Assembly: GCA_049323135.1 (NCBI GenBank)
Contig: JBMOMH010000309.1
Span: forward strand, 1 to 45,157
Origin: Actinomycetota bacterium
Lineage (GTDB): Bacteria > Actinomycetota > Actinomycetes > JBMOMH01
Direction: 5' to 3'
DNA length: 45,157 nt
Shown here: in pieces, positions 1 through 8,923 of the stretch
Layout of the letters: each line of letters opens with the position of its first letter
How positions within the stretch are numbered: position 1 is the first letter of the stretch
The notes under the pieces: generated by a model
The model's input: the letters and a program-made list of their open reading frames with translations, nothing else
Told to the model about the DNA's origin: nothing
The model's database searches: none
Made by a program: the position numbers and the translations under genes

Positions 1-2
1 CT

Positions 3-497
3 TCACCCGACGGCCCCGGCCCGGGGCTGGCGCCGGTGGCGGTGGAGGTGCGGGTGGACCTGGCCACCCTGCTCGGGTTGGCCGAGGAGCCGGGGCAGCT
101 GGTCGGCTACGGCCCGATCCCGGCCGCGCTGGCCCGCCAGCTGGCCGCCGACGGGGCCTGGCGGCGGCTGGTCACCGACCCGCTGACCGGGCGGCTGCTG
201 GACCGGGGCCGGCGGGTGTACCGGCCCTCCCCGGCGCTGGCCGCGTTCATCCGGGCCCGGGACCGCTCCTGCGTGTTCCCCCACTGCAACCGCATCGCCG
301 CCGGCTGCGACCTCGACCACCGGGTGCCGTTCCCGCACGGGCCCACCACCCGGGCCAACCTGGCCCCGCTGTGCCGCCGACACCACCGGTTGAAGACCCA
401 CGGCGGCTGGCAGCTGCGGGTCGACCGGCACGGCTACCGGTGGACCAGCCCGCTCGGCCGGGTCCACCTCGAACCCCACCGCGACCAGCGGGAGTAG
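3..497 (+). CDS. HNH endonuclease domain protein (actinobacterial DUF222/13E12-repeat type), C-terminal part; 5' end outside window
   Basis: The reading frame is open to the window edge. Motifs RDRSCVFPHC, CDLDHRVPF and NLAPLCRRHHRLKTHGGW match the HNH nuclease signature of this family. Confidence 0.8.
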   Translation, partial: SPDGPGPGLAPVAVEVRVDLATLLGLAEEPGQLVGYGPIPAALARQLAADGAWRRLVTDPLTGRLLDRGRRVYRPSPALAAFIRARDRSCVFPHCNRIAAGCDLDHRVPFPHGPTTRANLAPLCRRHHRLKTHGGWQLRVDRHGYRWTSPLGRVHLEPHRDQRE

Positions 498-506
498 GAC
501 CCTGGT

Positions 507-518
507 TACCCATGGGTA
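507..518. promoter_or_regulatory. 12-bp perfect palindrome TACCCATGGGTA in the 54-nt spacer upstream of the gabD2-like gene
   Basis: Read directly from the sequence. It is flanked by partially complementary GGT/GCC. Its function is unknown; an operator is possible. Confidence 0.25.
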
Positions 519-551
519 GCCAAGGTCACCGGCCGGCCGTAGGCTGCCCCC

Positions 552-2162
552 GTGAGCACCGTGGCGCACGCCTCGCAGGCCGACCGGCCGCCCGGGACCG
601 GTGTCGCCTCGCTGCCTGCGGGGCTCGGCCCCGAGGTGTTCGCCGAGCTGGCCCAGGGGGTGGCCGCCGCACCGGACGCTGACCGGCTGCCCGTCACGGC
701 GCCGTTCACCGGTGGGTGGCTCGCCGACCTGCCCTGCTCGACGCCGGACGACGTGACCGCGGCGTACGCCGCCGCCCGGTCCGCCCAGGCGGCCTGGGCC
801 GCCCGTCCCGTGGCGGAGCGCGCCCGGGTGCTGCGCCGCTACCACGACCTGGTGCTCGACCGGCAGCACCAGATCCTCGACCTGGTCCAGGCCGAGACCG
901 GCAAGGCCCGCCGGCACGCCTTCGAGGAGGTGGCCGACGTCGCGGTCACCGCCGCGTACTACGGCCGGCGGGGCCCCGGCCTGCTGCGCCCACGCCGCCG
1001 GACCGGCGCCTACCCGCTGCTCACCCAGGTGGTGGAGCACCGCCAGCCCAAGGGGGTCGTCGGCGTCGTCTCCCCGTGGAACTACCCGTTCACCTTGGCC
1101 ATGGGTGACGGGCTTGCCGCCCTCCTCGCCGGCAACGCCGTCGTGCACAAGCCCGACCTGCAGAGCGCGTTCACCGCCCTGTACGGCGTGGCCCTGCTGC
1201 ACGAGGCGGGGCTGCCCGCCGACCTGTGGCAGGTGGTGGTCGGTGACGGCCCCGTCATCGGGGGAGCCGTCGTCGACGGGGCCGACTACGTCTGCTTCAC
1301 CGGGTCGACCGCGGTCGGCCGGGAGGTGGCCGCCCGCTGCGGGGCGCGGCTCGTCGGCTGTTCCCTGGAGCTGGGGGGCAAGAACGCCCTGCTGGTCCTC
1401 GACGACGCCGACCTCGACCGGGCCGCGGAGGGTGCGGTCCGCGCCTGCTTTGCCTCGGCCGGGCAGCTGTGCATCTCCGCCGAGCGCCTGTATGTCGCCG
1501 CCTCCGTCTACGAGCCGTTCCTGGCCCGCTTCCTTGACCGGGTGCGGCGGATGCGGCTCGCCGCCACCTACGACTACCGCGCCGACATGGGCTCGCTCGT
1601 CTCTGCCCGGCAGCTGACACGGGTGCAGCAGCACGTCGCCGACGCCGCCGCGCAGGGCGCCCGTGTGCTCGCTGGCGGGAAGCCCCGGCCGGACATCGGC
1701 CCGCTCTTCTTCGAGCCGACCGTGCTCGCGGACGTACGTCCCGGGATGCGGTGCCACGCCGAGGAGACCTTCGGCCCGGTCGTTTCGGTCCACGCCGTCG
1801 GCAGCGAGGACGAGGCAGTCGCCCGAGCCAACGACACGACGTACGGGCTGAACGCCAGCGTGTGGACCCGGAACGCCGCTCGCGGCCGGTCGGTTGCGGC
1901 TCGGCTGCGGGCGGGAACGGTGAACGTCAACGAGGGGTACGCCGCCGCGTGGGGCAGCGTCGACGCCCCCATGGGTGGGATGGGTGACTCCGGGCTGGGC
2001 CGGCGGCACGGGAACGAAGGGCTGCTGAGGTACACCGAGGCGCAGACGGTCGCCGTACAGCGGGGGCTGGGCTTCGGGACACCACCGGGCATGACCGCGG
2101 AGCAGTTCGCCCGGACGCTGACGGTGCTGCTGCGCACGATGAAGCGGCTCGGTCTGCGGTGA
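552..2162 (+). CDS. gabD2: NAD(P)-dependent aldehyde dehydrogenase, succinate-semialdehyde dehydrogenase GabD2-like
   Basis: The 536-aa ORF has a GTG start. ALDH motifs are VSPWNYP, ELGGKNA, catalytic-Cys region AGQLCISAERLYV and EETFGPV. I recall end-to-end similarity to mycobacterial GabD2, including the C-terminal GGMGxSGxGRRHG tail. Confidence 0.85.
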   Translation: MSTVAHASQADRPPGTGVASLPAGLGPEVFAELAQGVAAAPDADRLPVTAPFTGGWLADLPCSTPDDVTAAYAAARSAQAAWAARPVAERARVLRRYHDLVLDRQHQILDLVQAETGKARRHAFEEVADVAVTAAYYGRRGPGLLRPRRRTGAYPLLTQVVEHRQPKGVVGVVSPWNYPFTLAMGDGLAALLAGNAVVHKPDLQSAFTALYGVALLHEAGLPADLWQVVVGDGPVIGGAVVDGADYVCFTGSTAVGREVAARCGARLVGCSLELGGKNALLVLDDADLDRAAEGAVRACFASAGQLCISAERLYVAASVYEPFLARFLDRVRRMRLAATYDYRADMGSLVSARQLTRVQQHVADAAAQGARVLAGGKPRPDIGPLFFEPTVLADVRPGMRCHAEETFGPVVSVHAVGSEDEAVARANDTTYGLNASVWTRNAARGRSVAARLRAGTVNVNEGYAAAWGSVDAPMGGMGDSGLGRRHGNEGLLRYTEAQTVAVQRGLGFGTPPGMTAEQFARTLTVLLRTMKRLGLR

Positions 2163-3853
2163 CCGGCCGGGATGGCACGCTCGACTACGACGTCGTCGTC
2201 GTCGGGTCCGGGTTCGGCGGCAGCGTCGCCGCGCTGCGGCTGGTCGAGAAGGGCTACCGGGTTGGCGTCGTCGAAGCCGGACGCCGTTTCGATGAGTCCA
2301 CCTTCCCGAAGACGTCGTGGCAGGTACGACGCTTCCTGTGGGCACCCCGTCTCGGGTGCTACGGCATCCAGCGCATCTCCCTGCTGCGCAACGTCGTCGT
2401 CCTGTCCGGGGCGGGCGTCGGCGGTGGCTCCCTGGTCTACGCGAACACCCTCTACGAGCCCGCGCCGGAGTTCTTCGACGACCCGCAGTGGGCCCGCCTC
2501 GCCGACTGGCGCGACGAGCTCGCCCCCTACTACGCCCGCGCCCGGCGCATGCTGGGGGTGACCCCCAACCCGGTGCTGACCCCGGCGGACCTGGCCATGC
2601 GTCGGGTCGCCGAGGAACTGGGGGTGGCGGACACCTTCGGCCCCACCCCGGTCGGGGTGTTCTTCGGCGCGCCAGGCGTGGAGGTCCCCGACCCCTACTT
2701 CGGCGGCGCCGGGCCGGCCCGCCGCGGTTGCCTGCACTGCGGGTCCTGCATGACCGGCTGCCGGCACGGGGCCAAGAACATGCTGACCAAGAACTACCTG
2801 TTCCTCGCCGAGCAGGCCGGTGCCCAGGTGCTGCCCCTGACGACGGTGACCGCCCTGGCCCCGCGGCGCGGCGGCGGCTGGTCGCTGACCGTGCAGCGCA
2901 GCGACCGGTGGGTACGCCGGGAGCGGTGCGAGCTCACCGCAGAGCAGGTCGTCCTCGCCGCGGGCGCCCTGGGCACCCAGCGCCTGCTGCACCGGATGCG
3001 AGACGCCGGCCGCCTTCCGCACCTGTCGCCGCGGCTGGGCGAGCTCACCCGCACCAACTCCGAGGCCATCCTCGGAGCCCGCTCCCGGCGGCGGGACGTC
3101 GACTTCTCCCAAGGCGTCGCCATCACCTCCTCCTTCCACCCCGACGCCCACACCCACGTCGAGCCGGTCCGCTACGGGCGGGGCAGCAACCTCATGGGGC
3201 TGCTGCAGACCCTGCTCACCGACCCCGACCCGCGCCGGCCCCGCCCCCTGGTGTGGCTGCGGGAGGCGCGCCGCCACCCGCGCACCCTGCTGCGCACCCT
3301 GTGGCTGCGGCACTGGTCCGAGCAGACCGTCATCGCCCTGGTCATGCAGTCCCTGGACAACTCGCTGACCGCGTACGGTCGCCGGGGCCGCTTCGGCCGG
3401 TGGCGGCTGACCACCCGCCAGGGCCACGGGGCGCCCAACCCGGTGTCGATCCCCGTCGCGACCGACGTGGCGCGGCGGCTGGCCCAGGCCATCGACGGCG
3501 ACCCAGGAGGAAGCTGGGGCGAGGTCGCCGACATCCCGATGACCGCGCACATCATCGGCGGCTGCCCCATCGGTGCCGACCCGGCATCCGGGGTCGTCGA
3601 CCCCTGGCACCGGGTCTTCGGGTACCCCGGGCTGCACGTCGTCGACGGCTCGGCGGTACCCGCCAACCTCGGCGTCAACCCGTCGCTGACCATCACCGCG
3701 CTGGCCGAGCGGGCGCTGGCCTGCTGGCCCAACCGCGGGGAGCCCGACCCCCGGCCGCCGCTGGGGGCGCCGTACGCCCGGGTGCCCGCCGTGCCCCCAC
3801 AACACCCGGCGGTTCCCGCCCGGTCTCCGGCGGCCATGGAGGTTGCGTCATGA
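2159..3853 (+). CDS. choD: GMC-family FAD oxidoreductase, cholesterol-oxidase ChoD-like
   Basis: N-terminal dinucleotide fold DYDVVVVGSGFGGSVAALRLVEKGYRVGVVEAGRRF. Internal CLHCGSCMTGCRHGAKN and C-terminal VVDGSAVPANLGVNPSLTI resemble mycobacterial ChoD as I remember it. The GTG start overlaps the upstream stop (GTGA). Confidence 0.85.
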   Translation: MTGRDGTLDYDVVVVGSGFGGSVAALRLVEKGYRVGVVEAGRRFDESTFPKTSWQVRRFLWAPRLGCYGIQRISLLRNVVVLSGAGVGGGSLVYANTLYEPAPEFFDDPQWARLADWRDELAPYYARARRMLGVTPNPVLTPADLAMRRVAEELGVADTFGPTPVGVFFGAPGVEVPDPYFGGAGPARRGCLHCGSCMTGCRHGAKNMLTKNYLFLAEQAGAQVLPLTTVTALAPRRGGGWSLTVQRSDRWVRRERCELTAEQVVLAAGALGTQRLLHRMRDAGRLPHLSPRLGELTRTNSEAILGARSRRRDVDFSQGVAITSSFHPDAHTHVEPVRYGRGSNLMGLLQTLLTDPDPRRPRPLVWLREARRHPRTLLRTLWLRHWSEQTVIALVMQSLDNSLTAYGRRGRFGRWRLTTRQGHGAPNPVSIPVATDVARRLAQAIDGDPGGSWGEVADIPMTAHIIGGCPIGADPASGVVDPWHRVFGYPGLHVVDGSAVPANLGVNPSLTITALAERALACWPNRGEPDPRPPLGAPYARVPAVPPQHPAVPARSPAAMEVAS

Positions 3854-4500
3854 CGCGCAAGTCCATCCCGCTCACCGCCGAGCTGCACGACTACGTCGTG
3901 GCGCACGGCACACCGCCCGACCCGGTGCTGCGCGACCTGCTCGCCGAGACCGCGGCGCTCGGCGGTGCCGCGGAGATGCAGGTCCCGCCCGAGGAGGGGG
4001 CCCTGCTCACCCTGCTCGCCCGGCTGGTGGGGGCACGGGACGCGGTGGAGGTGGGCACGTTCACCGGGTACTCGTCGGTGTGCATCGCCCGGGGCCTGTC
4101 CCCCGACGGGCGGCTGGTGTGCTGTGACGTGTCCGCCGAGTGGACCGCGGTGGCGCGGCGGGCCTGGGCGCGGGCCGGGCTCGCCGACCGGGTCGAGCTT
4201 CGGCTGGGGCCGGCCCTGGACACCCTGCGGGCGATGCCGCCGGAGCCCCTGTTCGACCTGGCCTTCCTCGACGCCGACAAGCAGGGCTACCCGGCCTACT
4301 GGGCGGAGCTGGTGCCGCGGGTCCGCAGCGGTGGCGTGCTCGTGGTCGACAACGTGCTCCGGGACGGGCGCGTGCTGGCACCGACGGCCGAGGACGACGT
4401 CGCCGTGGCGAGGTTCAACGACGAGGTGTGCGCCGACGCACGTGTGGACGCGGTGCTGCTGCCCGTCGCCGACGGCGTCACCATCGCCCGGCGCCACTGA
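3850..4500 (+). CDS. class I SAM-dependent O-methyltransferase (caffeoyl-CoA OMT-like)
   Basis: The ATG overlaps the choD-like stop (ATGA). SAM-binding VEVGTFTGYS and the FLDADK and VVDNVL motifs are typical of the OMT family 3 fold. About 216 aa. Confidence 0.8.
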   Translation: MTRKSIPLTAELHDYVVAHGTPPDPVLRDLLAETAALGGAAEMQVPPEEGALLTLLARLVGARDAVEVGTFTGYSSVCIARGLSPDGRLVCCDVSAEWTAVARRAWARAGLADRVELRLGPALDTLRAMPPEPLFDLAFLDADKQGYPAYWAELVPRVRSGGVLVVDNVLRDGRVLAPTAEDDVAVARFNDEVCADARVDAVLLPVADGVTIARRH

Positions 4501-4531
4501 GGGCCCGCCCAGCTCGGCGGCCGCGCTCCGG

Positions 4532-5521
4532 TCAGCTGCGGCGCTTGCGGAGCTCGGCGTTGATCGCCGGGACGACCTCGTGCAGGTCGCCGATCACCGC
4601 GTAGTCAGCCTTGGTCACCATGGGGGCGTCCGGGTCTGTGTTGATGGCCAGGATCGTTCTCGCGCTCTGGCAGCCCGCCCAGTGCTGGATGGCGCCGCTG
4701 ATCCCGCAGGCGATGTAGATGTCGGGTGAGATCCGGCTGCCGGTCTGACCGACCTGCTCGTGGTGTGGTCGCCAACCGAGGCTGGTCACCACCCGGGACA
4801 CGCCGAGGGCCCCATCCAAGAGGCCGACCAGTTCCAGGATGTCCCCGAAGCGGTCCGGCCCACCGGTGCCCCGCCCCGCACCGACCACCACGCGCGCGTT
4901 GGCCAGCGCCGCTGCGGCGTCGGCCTGGGTCGGCTGCGAGCGCGTCACCCGGGCCTGCAGGTCGGCGTCGGTCAGGGACGGGCGGATCGGCAGGACCTGG
5001 ACGCTGACCGGTGCGGGGGCTGGCTCGGGCGCGGTGGCGTGGCCGGCGACCGAGAGCACCACCACCTCGCCGTCCAGGCGTGTCTCCTCCAGGGCCGCGC
5101 CGCCCATCACCTGCCGGCTGACGACCAACGGCTCGGTACTGTCGATGGCGGTGACGTTGGCTGCCATCATCGCGTCGAGCCGGGTGGCTACGTGCGCGAG
5201 CACCTCGTTGCCGCGGGGCGAGCCGGCGGCCACGATCACGCGGGCCGACGACGCGAAAGCGGCGTCGACCACGGCGGCCGCCCAGGCCGCCGCCGCGTAC
5301 CGGGCGAGCCGATCGTCTTGGGCGTGGTGCAACGTGGCCACCCCCTGCTCGCTCAGCTGAGCGAGCAACCGTTCGTGCCCGTCGGGCTCGAGCGGGGCTG
5401 TGACCACCGCGTGCACCTGCGTGTCGCCGAGGCGGGCTGCCATGTCGCGAGCGAACGTCAACGCCTCGAGCGAGACGAGAGTGGCGCCCTGTGCGCCACT
5501 CTCCACCAGTACGAGAATCAC
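4532..5521 (-). CDS. etfA: electron transfer flavoprotein alpha subunit
   Basis: I set the start at GTG 5521 (VILVLVESG...), which overlaps the etfB stop (GTGA). The C-terminal FAD-binding block is VVGAGRG...PDIYIACGISGAIQHWAGC. The 105-aa R/G-rich N-terminal extension of the raw ORF was rejected. Confidence 0.9.
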   Translation of the reverse strand: MILVLVESGAQGATLVSLEALTFARDMAARLGDTQVHAVVTAPLEPDGHERLLAQLSEQGVATLHHAQDDRLARYAAAAWAAAVVDAAFASSARVIVAAGSPRGNEVLAHVATRLDAMMAANVTAIDSTEPLVVSRQVMGGAALEETRLDGEVVVLSVAGHATAPEPAPAPVSVQVLPIRPSLTDADLQARVTRSQPTQADAAAALANARVVVGAGRGTGGPDRFGDILELVGLLDGALGVSRVVTSLGWRPHHEQVGQTGSRISPDIYIACGISGAIQHWAGCQSARTILAINTDPDAPMVTKADYAVIGDLHEVVPAINAELRKRRS

Positions 5522-6288
5522 GGCGCCACCCCGATTCTGACCAGCAGGTCCACAACCGCGGGTGCGGCGTGCGGGCCTTCGCCCAGGAGCTGCACCGAAC
5601 TTGGTGGCTGTGGCGGAAGCTTCAGCCGCACCCGCCCGGAACCAGCCGGCTCCACCTCGGGACTCACGACGTCCACCGGCGCCCGCCTGGCCTTCATCCG
5701 ACCGGGTACCGAGGGGTAACGCGGGGTCACGCCGCCCTCCTTGACGGCCAGGACCGCGGGCAGGGGCACCTCGTACACCTCCGTTCCGTCCGGACCGTCC
5801 GCGTGGGCCACCACGTCCTCCCCGACGACCTCGCACGTCGAGATCCCGCTGGCCACGGGCCTGCCCAACGCGTAGGCCAGGCGCACGCCCACCTGGTAGT
5901 CCCCGGTGTCGGCCGCGTCCGTGCCCACCAGCACCAGGTCGTAGGTCGTGCCCTGCGCCTGGTGCGCGTGGACCAGGGCGGCGATCGCGGCCGCCACGTC
6001 CCGTGGGCCGTACCGGTCCGCCTCACCCTCCAGCAGCACGCCGCGTGCGCAGCCGACGGCGATCGCATCGCGCACGTGTTGCACCGCCTCGGGCGGGCCG
6101 AGGGTCAGTACCGTCGCCTCCCCGCCGGTGGCCGCCGCGATCCGCACCGCCAGCTCGACCGCGCACTCCTCGTGGGGGCTGATCGTGTATCCGACGTGCC
6201 GAGCGTCGATGGACTGGCCGTCGGCGGACAGCAGGATCCGCTCAGAGGAGTCGGGCGCCCGTTTGACGCACACCAGCACGTTAGCCAT
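5518..6288 (-). CDS. etfB: electron transfer flavoprotein beta subunit
   Basis: MANVLVCVKRAPD..., YDLVLVGTDAADTGDYQVG and LPAVLAV are typical EtfB/FixA features. The start lies 3 nt after the stop of the upstream dehydrogenase. Confidence 0.9.
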   Translation of the reverse strand: MANVLVCVKRAPDSSERILLSADGQSIDARHVGYTISPHEECAVELAVRIAAATGGEATVLTLGPPEAVQHVRDAIAVGCARGVLLEGEADRYGPRDVAAAIAALVHAHQAQGTTYDLVLVGTDAADTGDYQVGVRLAYALGRPVASGISTCEVVGEDVVAHADGPDGTEVYEVPLPAVLAVKEGGVTPRYPSVPGRMKARRAPVDVVSPEVEPAGSGRVRLKLPPQPPSSVQLLGEGPHAAPAVVDLLVRIGVAP

Positions 6289-6291
6289 CGC

Positions 6292-8808
6292 TCACCTCCG
6301 GATCCGCTCGTTGGCGGGGTCGAACAGTGGCGTCGCGTCCGCGGCCGCGACGGTCACCGGGTAGCGCTCTGCCAGGTACTCGACGGCGAGCTCGGCGCCG
6401 ATCACAGCCTGACTCGGCGGCAGGTAGCTCATCAGCACGTGCTTGCCGAGTGAGGGCGCCGACCCGGCCGTGGTCACGTAGCTACGGCGGCCGTGTCCGT
6501 CCACGAGAGGCTCGCCGTCGCGCGTGAGCACCGGTTCGCCCCCCAGCATGTACCGCAGGGTCCCGTCGGCCGACGTGTGGTCATCGACGGTCAGCGAGCA
6601 CAGCACCGCCGCCGGTTCGGACCCGCGCTGCTTCAGGTACGCCTCTCGCCCGATGAAGTCGGCGTCCTTGACCTTGGGTCGGGACATGCCGGCCTCGACC
6701 AGGGTGCGCTCGGTGTCCAGCTCGGCCCCGTGGGCGCGGTAGCTCTTCTCGATCCGTCCGGTGGTGCCGTAGACGCCGATGCCTATCGGCACCAGCCCCT
6801 GTGGCCGGCCCGCATCCCACAGTAGGTTCCACAGCCGGGCGCCCTGCTCCATCGGTGCATACAGCTCCCAACCTAGCTCACCGACGTAGGAGATGCGCGA
6901 GGCAAGCACGGTCAGCGGACCGACGTCGACGGCGCGGCAGGTGGCGAACCGGAAGCCGTGGTGGCTGACGTCGGACTCGGTCAGCGACCCGAGGATGTCA
7001 CGGGCTCGTGGGCCCCACAGCCCGACGGTGGTGTAGGCGGAGGTCTGGTCGACGACCTGAACCGTGCCATTGCCCGGCAGATGGTCGGCGAACCACTTCC
7101 GGTCGACGTTGCCGGTGGCCCCGCCAGTGACGACGCGGTACCGATCCTCGGCCAGGCGCTGGATGGTCAGGTCTGCGCGGATGCCCCCGCGGTCGTCCAG
7201 CACCGGCGTGTAGATCACGTTTCCCGGCGCCACGTCCGCCTCGGCGACGACGAGGCGCTGCACGGCCTCCGCGGCACCCGGTCCGAGGACGTCGAAGATC
7301 GCGAAGGCGGACAGGTCGCAGATCCCGGCGCGCTCCCGCATCGCCAGATGCTCGGCGTTGATGATCGGGGACCACCAGCGAGCGTCCCACTCGGCTCCGC
7401 GCGGCATCACCGCCGCGCCGTAGTCGCCGAGCAGCCCCGCGTTGGACTCGTACCAGAAGGGGCGCTCCCAACCCGCCGTCTCGAAGAACACCGCGCCCAG
7501 CTCGCGCTCGCGGGCATGCATCGGCGACAGCCGCACCTCGCGGTTGCTCGCCCACTGCTCAGCCGGATGGACGATGCCGTAGGTCTTGTTGAACGCCTCG
7601 CTGGTGCGGGCCCTCACGTGAGCCTTGGTGCGCTGATGCGGGTAGAAGCGCGCGACGTCCGACTGGTGGGCGTCGTACTCCGGGTTGCCGTCGGTCATCC
7701 ACTCGGCGAGCAGCCGCCCCACCCCGGGCCCCTCCTTGATCCACACCGCGGCGGCCGACCACAGACCCTTGACCTCGGCGGTCTCACCCAAGATGGGGTA
7801 GCCATCCGGCGTCAGCGACAACAAGCCGTTGATCGCATAGCGGATCTCCACCCGGGGGTCGCCGAGCACCTCGGGCATCAGCTCGAGCGCCTGCTCCAGC
7901 TGCAGGTCGAAGTCCTCGGCAGTGAACGGCAGCTCCGTCGGCGACAGCTTGGCCTGCTCGATGGACGGAATCTGCTCCGCGTCGTACAGGATCGGGCGGT
8001 GTGCATACGAGCCGACCTCCAGGTCACCGCCGTGCTGCCGCTCGTAGCAGAACGTGTCCATGTCCCGGATGATCGGAAACGAGATCTCGCCCACCGTGTC
8101 CGCGAACTGCGGCACCGGCCCCACGCTGATCATCTGGTGTACCGCCGGCGTGAGCGGGATGGACGCCCCCGCCATCCGCGCCAGCTTCGGGCTCCACACG
8201 CCGCAGGCGATCACGACGGTCTCCGCCTCGATCACCCCGCCGCTGGTTCGAACGGCGCGGATCCGTCCCGCGGCGACATCCAGGCCCGTGACCTCGACCG
8301 AAGACACCACCTGCAAGGCGCCGGACTCCTGGGCGCGCTCGCGCATGATCGTGCCCGCCCGCAACGAGTCGACGACGCCGACCGAAGGCGTCCAGAAGCC
8401 GCCACGGATGACCGAGGGATCCAGGTAGGGGACCCGCTCGGTCACCTGGGCCGCAGACACCAGGTCGGCGTCGATCCCCCACGCCTTGGCCGACGCCACC
8501 CGCCGGCGCAGCTCCTGCATCCGCTCCTCGGTGCGCGCCACCTCGAACCCGCCGGACTCGACGAAGACGCCCAGCTCCCGGTACTGGCGCATGCTGTCAG
8601 CGGTCAGGTCGGTCATCTCCCGTGAGTGGTCCACGGGGAAGATGAAGTTCGACGCGTGACCGGTCGAGCCTCCCGGGTTGGGCAACGGCCCCTTGTCGAG
8701 CTGCACGATGTCGCGCCAGCCCAACCGGGCCAGGTGGTACCCCACACTGTTGCCGACGATTCCGGCCCCGATCACTACCACCCGCGCGCTACCGGGCACT
8801 GTGCTCAT
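6292..8808 (-). CDS. FAD-dependent oxidoreductase fused to GcvT-type aminomethyltransferase (THF-binding) domain; dimethylglycine/sarcosine dehydrogenase-like
   Basis: I chose ATG 8808 as the start (MSTVPGSARVVVIGAGIVGNS...). The N-terminal DAO fold carries GGSTGHAS, a candidate flavinylation His. The C-terminal GcvT folate domain shows SYVGELGWELY. The gene lies directly upstream of etfBA. Confidence 0.8.
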   Translation of the reverse strand: MSTVPGSARVVVIGAGIVGNSVGYHLARLGWRDIVQLDKGPLPNPGGSTGHASNFIFPVDHSREMTDLTADSMRQYRELGVFVESGGFEVARTEERMQELRRRVASAKAWGIDADLVSAAQVTERVPYLDPSVIRGGFWTPSVGVVDSLRAGTIMRERAQESGALQVVSSVEVTGLDVAAGRIRAVRTSGGVIEAETVVIACGVWSPKLARMAGASIPLTPAVHQMISVGPVPQFADTVGEISFPIIRDMDTFCYERQHGGDLEVGSYAHRPILYDAEQIPSIEQAKLSPTELPFTAEDFDLQLEQALELMPEVLGDPRVEIRYAINGLLSLTPDGYPILGETAEVKGLWSAAAVWIKEGPGVGRLLAEWMTDGNPEYDAHQSDVARFYPHQRTKAHVRARTSEAFNKTYGIVHPAEQWASNREVRLSPMHARERELGAVFFETAGWERPFWYESNAGLLGDYGAAVMPRGAEWDARWWSPIINAEHLAMRERAGICDLSAFAIFDVLGPGAAEAVQRLVVAEADVAPGNVIYTPVLDDRGGIRADLTIQRLAEDRYRVVTGGATGNVDRKWFADHLPGNGTVQVVDQTSAYTTVGLWGPRARDILGSLTESDVSHHGFRFATCRAVDVGPLTVLASRISYVGELGWELYAPMEQGARLWNLLWDAGRPQGLVPIGIGVYGTTGRIEKSYRAHGAELDTERTLVEAGMSRPKVKDADFIGREAYLKQRGSEPAAVLCSLTVDDHTSADGTLRYMLGGEPVLTRDGEPLVDGHGRRSYVTTAGSAPSLGKHVLMSYLPPSQAVIGAELAVEYLAERYPVTVAAADATPLFDPANERIRR

Positions 8809-8857
8809 CACGCCGCCTCTCGCACGGGGCTCAAGGGAACCTATGGTGTCTCTTATG

Positions 8858-8883
8858 ACGCAACTTGACGCAGTATACGCAAC
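8858..8883. promoter_or_regulatory. three direct repeats ACGCAAC-N3-ACGCAG-N3-ACGCAAC in the AT-richer spacer upstream of the dehydrogenase-etfBA operon
   Basis: Read directly from the sequence. Repeat phasing is about 10 and 9 nt. The repeats overlap the predicted -10 element. Confidence 0.35.
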
Positions 8884-8900
8884 GACCGGCTCCCGCACAA
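8872..8900 (-). promoter_or_regulatory. candidate housekeeping-sigma promoter TTGTGC-17 nt-TATACT for the dehydrogenase-etfBA operon
   Basis: On the minus strand TTGTGC (8900-8895) and TATACT (8877-8872) are separated by 17 nt, about 60 nt upstream of ATG 8808. A GAGAGG Shine-Dalgarno-like element precedes the start. Confidence 0.35.
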
Positions 8901-8923
8901 CGGGCTACCCCGCGTCGGCACTC

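Noticed and set aside
3-3805. Very long antisense ORFs (3..2345 minus, 780 aa; 1574..3805 minus, 743 aa) covering the gabD2-like and choD-like genes
   Set aside because: Their Arg/Pro/Gly-rich low-complexity translations carry no recognisable motifs. They lie opposite genes with strong family signatures. Such shadow ORFs are expected in DNA this GC-rich because stop codons are rare.
5522-5836. 105-aa N-terminal extension of the etfA ORF, and similar extensions at 8809-8898, 11469-12047, 12323-12418, 2317-3849, 20789-20941, 33200-33574 and 34766-34849
   Set aside because: The extensions overlap the upstream gene, are low-complexity, and precede internal starts that match the conserved N-termini and give canonical 4-nt stop-start overlaps.
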